From the NCBI RefSeq assembly GCF_001186125.1, contig NW_014040542.1:100776-120775 (forward strand): a stretch of 20,000 bases of DNA, read 5' to 3'. The translations under genes were made by a program, and so were the position numbers. Under the pieces are notes generated by a model. That model was not told the origin of the DNA and searched no databases. It saw nothing but the letters and a program-made list of their open reading frames with translations. Shown piece by piece: positions 11,175 to 20,000 of this stretch; position 1 is the stretch's first letter, and every line of letters starts with the position of its first letter. Source of the stretch: Sphaeroforma arctica JP610. Lineage: Eukaryota.

Positions 11175-12663
11175 ATATGTGCGCACACAGAATTAATTCC
11201 TCAGTGATGCTCTATCTTCAGCTCTAGCTATCCATAGTTGCAGCATACCTTTTTTTTTTTGCTGCGTGGATCAAATTTGAGAGCAAAGCATTACCCCGAG
11301 CAGTGCCAATGTCTCTACTGATTATGTACTGTGTGCCATCAGCTCTTGTTAGTCAGTATGCGCCCACGTGTCAATTGCCACCGATTACTCTGTGATAAGT
11401 TAACGGCTTTCTGGATGGCGTGGCCATCGTTTTAGATGGCTCTTTAGAATCGGCAACATTCGATCACTGATGTACTGTCCAATTTGCATCACTTGCAGGA
11501 AGGCGTGGTTTCGATGTTGTCGCTTGATCATCCTGTTAATTCTGATGATTCCGATGAGAACGAACCGTCCGCCTCTGGTACCACTAAGGTTTAGCGCAGG
11601 TGGCAGGGAGTATGATGAGTACAAAACCGACTCAGTAAAATCGCACCAATAAATTGGATTTAACAAGTTGACACATAGTTATGTTGCGACTTTCAGCACC
11701 ATGTTTCGCATCCTTCAAGGAAATGGTATACTGGAAGTCACACTGCTCTTGAGGAGGCAAGGTTCTCAGAACGATCAATGCCAGAAACCCCTGCGTTGAC
11801 CTGTGTACTTTACAATGTATTGTAATTATAATTATGAATTGATATTTCAAATATATAGATCCAATACAGTGTTTGTCTGAATCTTTAGTGGACCATAGGA
11901 CTATAGACCTATATGAGTGACGACTGATGAACATAGCCCATGCGTTTTTTTAGACGGCTATGGCATAGCCTTATACGTATTTACTTTTAAAATATGGATT
12001 TTAGGGTCTATTTTGATTGAATGCTTTTGGGCACCGCTCGAAGTCAATCTGGCTCAACAAACGGTACTACTCACGGAGTCATGAGAGCAGTCGCAATACT
12101 ACTTTACGCTTAACGGATACTATGCTTTGTATATTGAAAATTGGCGAGTCCTCTACCCACACCTCGGGGTTTTAAGATTAAGGTAGAGATTGGAATTCTC
12201 CGTGTGACTCTCAAGCAGCGTCTCAGGATTTATATTCGGTATCATATAATTGTCACTTTTGGTTCTAAGTTCTATTTGCATGCAGATACATGTTTGCCGA
12301 ATCTGTAGCGCATCGAATATCCCATTTAGCTTACAACCAGGCATAGTAATGGCGGCACATGTATAAGAATGTTAGTCTAGGACACCCAGATCGAGTAGGG
12401 ACGCGTGACATATTACTCACAAAAATCAGCCTATACGACATATTTTAAGATCTATTACATACGTCTCACTGCAGAGCCCGCATTGACTAGGCATGTTGTA
12501 GGTTGTGACATATCTTATTACAAGCTCGCCACATCAATAGATACGACATGTATCTGCTCAGATGACCTTCGAAATAGAAGGTAGTAACTCAATCCCACTC
12601 TCACACCTCAAAGGTGTCAAGGGAGCTACGACGTTTGTCATACTGCTCTATACTTAAACAGAT

Positions 12664-14835
12664 TTACCCCGTGGCGACCAAATAGTATACATAAGGCTGT
12701 GCCCCTAGTGACAGATCCACCGATAACTGGGCCGTCTGCTCCACGTCGTTGCTGTGCACATTATCGATCGCTTCCGAGGCAGTCTCTTTTGACGGGTGGT
12801 TGTGACCTACACCTCCACTGTGGTGACTATTAGATGCACACGTGGCCATTATGGCGCTATCTTCTTGGATTGTACCCTCGTGTGTCGCACCAGTTTGGGC
12901 TTCTCTATATGCTCCGTTCTGCAATGCCTGAAACAGCTGTGTGCAGTACGCATGATGTGAGGCATGGCGTTCTGCCAGGCTCACCGGAGGCTTTGTTCTT
13001 GTAGCGAACCTACTATAGTCCGAAGTGCTCGATCTAGGACTTGCTGTACGCATGTCATCAGTCTTAGTAGGAGTGACGCCTACATCAAGCTTAGTTTGAG
13101 TTGGCCTGACGCCTGTAGCTGCCACGGAGTGCAAATGAGTTGTTGCTGTATGTGCCGTCGTGTGTCTGTGTGAGGGGGTGCTTGCTGATGCGTTCGCAGA
13201 GTCCAGACTAGGTTTTCTCGGCGACACTCGTGCATGGTGCCGATTGTCGGGGTGTAGCTGATCAGAAGCCGCAACCGAATTTGGAATGCTCTGCTTGGAT
13301 GCGCAGCACGGTTGCATGAAGAAGCCTGCAGTAAGATTGGAGCGCATAGTATCCTTATTACATTGTTTACATCGTTGACTACGTTTACTGCTCTCGCAAG
13401 CACAGCCGTGCCATTGCCCTTTGCGTAAAATAACGCGCAGTCTGTGGTAAACTCTGATGGTCTGCGATGCCAACTCCCCACACAAATTTGACCCGAGCAT
13501 GAGCACCTGAACATCTTCAATACACCCCTGTGCACTTGCTCCTCCCGTGGAGCAATATGTGCCCTGATTCCCACATATACAATAGCTAGTCTTACACCTG
13601 TGTGTGCTCGTGCGTACTTCATCGCCGGCTCTGCGCGGGACTTCTGTTGAACCGTCACAACTCCCGTTCTCCTCGAAGCCACTCATAATCTTGGAACGCG
13701 TACCAATTTGCAAACTATAGTATGGCGTGCATATTTGGGTGTCTTGTGTTTCCCTGTATTCTGACACCTGCGTACATACGCAAGCAGTCTCGCGTGCACA
13801 TGTCCTCCTCACTGCACCGTCGCCCATACTTGCACACTGTCGTGTACACCCTTCAGCACAACGTCCTATACAACAGCACACGTGAACGCCCTGTCGCTCA
13901 AGTGTTTCACAGAGCCACTCGTCTATGTCTTCATCGCACAAGAGTTCCATTAGATCCTTCTGGATAAAGCCGGGATAGCTTTCACCACCACTCGCAGCAG
14001 CACTTGCGGCGATCTTCTCCGTGTCCCTATCAATGCCTACAATCTGGGCCTTGGGGTACATGTGCGACAACATTCCACACAACATGCCACTGCCGCAGCC
14101 GACATCCATAATAACTAATCGCATGTTATTCGGTGTTGTTGAACTATCGTGTACTTTTGAAGTCATGATATTTATGTGGGCGGTGATGTTGTGGAGATTC
14201 AGACCATCAATAGTGCGGTTGGAGAGGATGTCATTGTGCGTGGGCGATGGTGTGCGCTTGTTCTTGCTCTTCGTTCCATTGGCAACCAAGAGCCCTTTCA
14301 CGTGCCGAAGAATGGCCACATTGTGCTTCAGTTCAGACACGTGATGTGGGTGTGCAAGGGCAAACAACTCGGACAGGTTTGCATCGGAGAGCATCGTGTC
14401 CACTTTAGAGTCCTTTGCTAGTTGCTTCATACCCAGACATACAAAGTCTGGCACCTCTCTCTCAGTGTCTATATAGGAGTGTGTGTGTGTCAGATTTACC
14501 ATTTCGCCTTTAAATACGCCTTTGACTGCGTGCTCTTCATTAGAATATAGTGTAGTATACTTTGTAGTTTTATCCTCTGAAGCCCTGCTATCACACCCTC
14601 CTAGAAAATGAACCGACAAGGTGTCTCGCATATCTTTTATAACTTGGTCTTCTCGGCACAGTCTATCATTCTTTATATGCGGCTGTGCTACTGCTACACA
14701 TCCACCAAACTGTCCCCGTTGTCGTGGATTCGTGTTTGATGATATGCCAGAGCTTTCCTGCCAGACTATTGCTTCGTGCTGTGTTGTCTTCATGCCTACA
14801 GCACTCAGACTGCTCGACGATAGTGATCTATGCAT
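12664..14835 (-). CDS. SAM-dependent class I methyltransferase, Methyltransf_32 / METTL25-like, 723 aa, with Cys-rich insertion and low-complexity Ser/Thr/His C-terminal region
   Basis: Long open frame. Motif I LVIMDVGCGSGML and motif II IVGIDRD. Downstream LGSNLCGELAS resembles the family motif GLHACGDL, and FMQPCC resembles the conserved PCC motif. Family assignment is by motif recognition only. Confidence 0.72.
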   Translation of the reverse strand: MHRSLSSSSLSAVGMKTTQHEAIVWQESSGISSNTNPRQRGQFGGCVAVAQPHIKNDRLCREDQVIKDMRDTLSVHFLGGCDSRASEDKTTKYTTLYSNEEHAVKGVFKGEMVNLTHTHSYIDTEREVPDFVCLGMKQLAKDSKVDTMLSDANLSELFALAHPHHVSELKHNVAILRHVKGLLVANGTKSKNKRTPSPTHNDILSNRTIDGLNLHNITAHINIMTSKVHDSSTTPNNMRLVIMDVGCGSGMLCGMLSHMYPKAQIVGIDRDTEKIAASAAASGGESYPGFIQKDLMELLCDEDIDEWLCETLERQGVHVCCCIGRCAEGCTRQCASMGDGAVRRTCARETACVCTQVSEYRETQDTQICTPYYSLQIGTRSKIMSGFEENGSCDGSTEVPRRAGDEVRTSTHRCKTSYCICGNQGTYCSTGGASAQGCIEDVQVLMLGSNLCGELASQTIRVYHRLRVILRKGQWHGCACESSKRSQRCKQCNKDTMRSNLTAGFFMQPCCASKQSIPNSVAASDQLHPDNRHHARVSPRKPSLDSANASASTPSHRHTTAHTATTHLHSVAATGVRPTQTKLDVGVTPTKTDDMRTASPRSSTSDYSRFATRTKPPVSLAERHASHHAYCTQLFQALQNGAYREAQTGATHEGTIQEDSAIMATCASNSHHSGGVGHNHPSKETASEAIDNVHSNDVEQTAQLSVDLSLGAQPYVYYLVATG

Positions 14836-15357
14836 AGCGCTCTGATCTATTAATCGCAGTGTGATAGGTAGTGGGCATATCTGACTGTCGGGGCTGTCTT
14901 AGGTCTCTTGGTCGGGGCATAGAAACCAGAGCATACACCATACATATAGCCTGGAAGTAGAAATCTTCTTGGCGCGCGATGCACTATCGAGGAATATGCG
15001 TTATTTAGTAGTTTCTAAGTCACACACCGTGATACTATTCTCATCATGGCGATGACGAGATGAGATGAGATTGCTCGACTGTCACGACTTGTAATCTACG
15101 GCCGCACACTACTTACAGGCTCTTGATATCAATACACATAAAAGCATTTGTGCAAAAACAGTAAAACTATCCCAACTAGCCGTCAGAGGGTGTTGGGACT
15201 TGTATTATTATTCATACATGATGCATGAAAATATGTATTTACACATAGATGCTGTCAATTTTAATACCCTTGACACTTGACAGTTGATGTCCCTTGACAC
15301 GCATCAGACTTTTTGTTTCAGCAGGACAGCAGCAGCCTGAGCCAGAGCAGGCCGCAG

Positions 15358-15925
15358 GGAATGTCTTTATACGGCACTGGTGACAATAAAATTATTAATC
15401 ACCTCAGGCCCAGTTTCCTGCCAGTCTCATACTTATACTTTATTGAGTTTACTTTGCTTTTAAAATGTAATTCGCGTGATTTTAGCCCATTTTTTGCACT
15501 TGTTGTATTAGTTCTTTGTCGGCCTCAGAGGAGAGGTCAACGTATGTTAGACACGAATAGTGTCAACTGTAAAACCATGGGCGAATCCGAAGCAATAGCT
15601 AAGACAGAGGACGCCTATATACATGTGTTTAACTGCTAACATATGTCAAGCCCTTAAGACCGACAAGGACCTAACATAAGTGCAACAAATGGTTTGTATC
15701 CGCGCTACAATATCTAACATTTAAATCGAGCGCTTTCAGCCGGCAGATAACAAACAAACCGGCAGAAAACAAACACATCTCACAAGTGCTTAAAATCACG
15801 CTAATTGCATAATACGCCTATATTAAAGCAAATTAAACTCGAAAAAGTATGTATGAGACTGATAGGAAACTGGGCCTGAGGTGGTTAATAATTTTATTAT
15901 CGTAAGTGCCGTATAAAGACATTCC
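15358..15925. mobile_element. Non-autonomous DNA-transposon-like element (MITE / foldback / MULE-like) with long terminal inverted repeats
   Basis: The left end GGAATGTCTTTATACGGCACT (15358) is the exact reverse complement of the right end AGTGCCGTATAAAGACATTCC (15925). The outer ~103 bp match with about 10 mismatches and a 2-nt gap by hand alignment. Degenerate pairing continues to about 15503/15782. No transposase inside and no target-site duplication seen. Confidence 0.72.
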
Positions 15926-15932
15926 TCAAACC

Positions 15933-16100
15933 CGCCAACTCGCCAACTCGCCAACTCGCCAACTCGCCAACTCGCCAACTCGCCAACTCGCCAACTCGCC
16001 AACTCGCCAACTCGCCAACTCGCCAACTCGCCAACTCGCCAACTCGCCAACTCGCCAACTCGCCAACTCGCCAACTCGCCAACTCGCCAACTCGCCAACT
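15933..16100. repeat. Perfect octamer tandem array (CGCCAACT)x21, 168 bp
   Basis: Counted directly; there are no variant units. Confidence 0.98.
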
Positions 16101-16404
16101 CATCAGTCTTCAAGCGCCAAATCTTTTTTTTTTTCGATTTGGTTTGTTTTGTTTGTTTTTTTTGTCATACTGTCATCCGTAAATACTCTGAATTTACATA
16201 GTCATACATACAACACTGTAAAAAAAAATTACATAATTTTTTTTTTAACTAAAACTAAAAGGTAAAATACATAAATATTAATTTTACAGCCACGGCCACT
16301 TCTCTCAGAGAGTAGCGAGAAAAAGTTTAAAAAAGAGAGAGAGAGAATATCCTTTGAAAACAAATTATTTTTAAAAATAGCACACACAACTGTTTGTCTC
16401 ACAC

Positions 16405-17200
16405 ATGTGGGCTTCACTCGGCTGTGGACAGTGACACTGGAGTGACTGAAACTTGAAAGTATAGCACCGGATGTTCACGCGAACATGTTAGCATAACGCA
16501 AGCAATCTAAGGTAAGTAAGATGTGTAAGTGTTTATCTCAAACTATGCGTCTAGCATGCGCCGTATCTACGCTTTGAGTCATTTGTCTGTTCAACATTGT
16601 GCTTGCCATTGTACGCGAATGAGGATAACACAACTAAACCGGAGCGGTATTTGTCTACGACGAATCCGTGTTCATGACCTGTTTATCTCTAAGAAGTTCT
16701 GACGCGTTTAGCATACAATACAACTGTTGTCTTTATCTAATTCCGTAGGTTTTTTATATGTTCTAACATGTCGGTCACTTTTGGATGTTAATACAGGCTT
16801 CGTAAGTGGTTAATGAATTAGCTGAGGCTGCTACCAGTCGTAAGAAGAAAACACTGGCGTGATTCCGCAAGGAACAAGCTTGATTTGGTCGAAAAGGGAT
16901 ACCGAAGGTATGGAGAGTTTTCAAGTAGTAAATATTCATGTGGCACATTGTTTACACGAATCCGATGAATGGAGGTCGCTTGACATATAGCGTTCTTATG
17001 AGCGTCTTATGCACGCTGAGTGTCGAACTTGCATGCTTTAATGGAGTATGCTAACTGATCGTCTACCATTTCTGATGCAGCTTGGAGTTAGTCTGTGTCA
17101 ACTCTATTGTAGAAGACTCTTATATATTCCGCACAGTATGGACGGGTACATCTCGTACCAATTAATCGCTCTACTTCTACTGCCAGTATCTCATTAGGAA
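16405..17200 (+). pseudogene. Probable decayed spliced gene fragment or spliced non-coding transcript; boundaries approximate
   Basis: Donor AG|GTAAGT at 16512, branch TTCTAAC at 16761, acceptor TACAG| at 16796. A 111-nt exon (16797-16907) follows, then donor AG|GTATGG, branch GCTAAC at 17050 and acceptor TGCAG| at 17080. The reading frames through these exons contain stops. Confidence 0.35.
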
Positions 17201-17428
17201 ATATATCACTCCGTTCCGTGTGTAAGAATATTTACAGTCGAATGGGATTTGAATGCACATGCTCAAAACAACACTCATATCTGGATTCAAGTACATGAGT
17301 ATACATATCGGGATATTGTACACGAATTTCTTTGTGATATTCCATAGTTTGAAGGAAATTAACGTGAAAAGAACAAACGATACACGCATACGTAAACACG
17401 AGTTCTGAAATATATCGTAATAAATACA

Positions 17429-17606
17429 TTCGTGCACACAAAGATCTAATATAAACGTATGTATGTTCAGAAATAAAGTGCAGGGGTATGCATGGAATGC
17501 ACCATAGCCTTCGTGCACACATAAAGTTGTATATATAAGCGTATATTATGTTCAGAAATTTCCTATAAAATATAAAAGTGCAGGGGTATGCATTGAATGC
17601 ATCATA
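17429..17606. repeat. Imperfect tandem duplication, two units (17429-17506 and 17510-17606)
   Basis: Both units read TTCGTGCACACA...TATGTTCAGAAAT...AAAGTGCAGGGGTATGCAT(G/T)GAATGCA(C/T)CATA. The second unit carries an AT-rich insertion. Confidence 0.85.
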
Positions 17607-19540
17607 ATGATTCACACTTGCTCGTGTGATTAAAAAAGTTATAGCGTCCTATAAATCGAGCGTGATCTTGGAAATTGCTCTGTGCATATATGTAAACGCA
17701 AACAAAAGCACGCAAAGGGCATATGCAAATACAATTTGATCTGGGTATATGCGCATGCCTCGACATTGGCACAGACTCGCGAATGGATATATATATATAT
17801 ACATATTCGTTGCAACCATATATTATGTTATATCAAACAGTTTTCAAATTCCATAAACAAACACGATATAATCGTCAATAGGAAGTTGTCAACTAGTTCT
17901 TGTCCTTGGGGCATCGGTAGTCGCTATCATGCCAGCTTCACTATTTCAACTTGAAGGAATGGCCGAGCAGTTCGACGCTGGAGACAACATGATTAAATAT
18001 AAAACCATGGAGTTCGACATTTAATTGAAATATAAATGTCCGGGTTCGGAAACCGATGACGCCGATAGCGATTGCATTCTTGGGTAGATATCAGAGCGTT
18101 GTAGTTAGTGCGAAATCATGCAAAGCAATATCCACCCTAGCTATGAGCCTGTACAGAGTGTAACTATCCAAAGATCAATATATTTGGTTGCTTCCCCCGA
18201 ACAAGTGTAGCCGCGTTCATGGGCAGCCTGTCTTAGCGAAATTGTGGAAATGGTAATGGCGGCGCGTCTATCTCCCTTGTGCACCCGCACTACACAGCAA
18301 AAAAAATAACAACGATTACAAACCTCCTCTTCACATGCGGGATTGAAGGTACTGAACTGTTTGTATCCGATTTATTCGACCCGCTGAGGCGTTATCAGGG
18401 ACAAGACATGACTACTATGAAGTTGTGAAATTAACTTCAGATATTAAAACTTCTATTAATTAAAAATGCACCAATATTGGCTGCGTGGATGATTCTACGG
18501 CCACTTTAGTCGGTGGATCAAGCAATGATCGGTGTCAACAGTTTTGCGATGTGTTTAATTTTTTAGATCTGGCTAATGATTATATCGTATCAAATATACA
18601 TAGTGCGAAGAACCTTATAGCTGCGAACAGTCACCGACGCAGATTCCCAATTGCATACGTCGCGCCTTGAACTATGATAGAAGAATCATCTCGTATTCAA
18701 TATATTATAAAACGAGCTAAACAAATGTGAAATTTCAGTCGTCTGTTAACTATTATACACCAGAACCTTGATCCGCATTGGCCGCTGATATATTCACCGG
18801 GACTATTTGAAAACACCTAATTCGGCGCAAAAGACCAAGGCTATCGCGTGATATTATCACAGAATTAGTAGCCATCGTCACATGAAATTGCTACCGGATA
18901 CGTATCTGGTTTGTTATGTTTAGCCGCTGCCGCGGTGACATTCATTATTGAGAACTTTGCATATATTTGACTATTTGTGCCTTACTAAGTTGTAATCTCC
19001 AATAAAATCTTATTTTTAAACAAGAAGGCAATACCGTGAGCAGGTATACACAATTGATGACAATGTATATTTCTTGGAGCTGTGTGTTTCAATTTCACCC
19101 GTACAGCGTTCAGTTGAGATCTAGATCAAGTGTACAACGTTCGGATACGGCCAGCAAATGGTCCGCAAATAAGTATACTTGCATAACATGTGCTTTTTAT
19201 TGCGTAGAAATCGCTTTGTGATGTAGCGATTCACCTCGTCAATGAGAAATTTTTTCAAGCGCAACTTAATCCTCAATACCGCTACGTACTGAGGTGCCCA
19301 GCCGTTATGTTGTGGTTGCTAAGATTGACACAGGTGTTCGACTTTATATATCCGTACATGAGTAAATATTTTTGAAATATTCTTCTATGTTTTTTCTTAG
19401 ATAGATTTCGCGCTCGTGTGCGAGAAAAGTTGTATGTATTTACATTTTTTTTGCTTTGTTGGGTAGATAAATATATTGTAGCTACATAACATTAATTCCA
19501 TCAGACACATATCTGCTCTGTTACTTGAGCATTATACAGT

Positions 19541-19762
19541 ATGCTGCGCTCTATAGAGCAGTACTTACGGTCAACTGTATTGCCAGAGTCTGTTATGGAT
19601 AATGTTGAACGCATTGCAAACCGGATTGTTGTATCGGTACTGAAGAATGGGCCGATTCCGCATCACATGGCGTTTATCATGGACGGTAATAGGAGATACG
19701 CCAAAAAAGGTGCCATGGCTAAAATAGAGGGGCACGCGCTCGGCTTTAATACACTGAAAAAG
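19541..19762 (+). CDS. DHDDS: Dehydrodolichyl diphosphate synthase (cis-prenyltransferase catalytic subunit, RER2/DHDDS), first coding exon; gene continues beyond the window
   Basis: GPIPHHMAFIMDGNRRYAKK...EGHALGFNTL is the hallmark cis-prenyltransferase region I-II of eukaryotic DHDDS/Rer2. A strong donor AAG|GTGAGT lies at 19762/19763. The start ATG could be 19541 or the downstream Met in SVMDN. Confidence 0.93.
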
Positions 19763-20000
19763 GTGAGTAAGCATTTTTGTTTCGATATCAGCCGGATTGA
19801 TTGTACTATTGCCGCCCAGATCAAACGATATTCTCTGAGCACAAGCATTCTCCCAGCACAAACCTCACCGTGGTCACTGAACTGTGTACACCCGACATAG
19901 GAGTGCACCTCAAATTTTACTACATACTATTGTCGTTTTCTTCAGATCAATAATTTTATTCTATATACATATTTTGTCACATCACAAACACACACACACA

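Noticed and set aside
12964..14845. Short overlapping ORFs on both strands inside the methyltransferase gene
   Set aside because: Alternative-frame or antisense shadows of the 723-aa ORF with no recognisable motifs.
15933..16100. CRISPR array
   Set aside because: Contiguous identical 8-mers with no spacers, in a eukaryotic context with no cas genes.
15823..16265. ORFs with repeating ASWRVGEL / ANSPTRQL peptides
   Set aside because: Artefacts of translating the stop-free 8-bp tandem repeat; no independent coding evidence.
16405..18970. Stop-codon reassignment or C-to-T hypermutation (RIP/methylation) explaining the in-frame stops
   Set aside because: Every stop codon can trivially derive from a C-to-T change, so this is no evidence without an intact reference. 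Flanking genes terminate at TAG, TGA and TAA normally.
19763..19900. C-terminal part of the 119-aa ORF 19541-19900
   Set aside because: Homology ends at a consensus GTGAGT donor; the remainder is intron.

Overview
Eukaryotic, intron-rich genomic DNA with GT-AG introns mostly 130-1000 bp long. From gene content and style I infer a unicellular opisthokont, possibly a holozoan such as an ichthyosporean, but this is unverified. Left to right: (1) an intronless SMYD-type SET/MYND lysine methyltransferase (533-1780, -); (2) head-to-head with it, a 16-exon ADAM10/ADAM17-type membrane metalloprotease, hand-spliced into an open frame of about 852 aa (2675-11174, +), with signal peptide, prodomain, furin site, HEIGHGFGALHD zinc motif, disintegrin, Cys-rich and TM regions, and a tail ending in a PDZ-type motif; (3) an intronless Methyltransf_32/METTL25-like SAM methyltransferase with a large Cys-rich insert (12664-14835, -); (4) a 568-bp non-autonomous element with long terminal inverted repeats (15358-15925), followed 7 bp later by a perfect (CGCCAACT)x21 array; (5) about 3 kb of apparently decayed, spliced-looking sequence; (6) the first coding exon of a cis-prenyltransferase (DHDDS/RER2) running off the right end. 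I found no convincing wholly new system. The most notable items are the ADAM17-like sheddase with its regulatory motifs and the TIR element plus octamer array.
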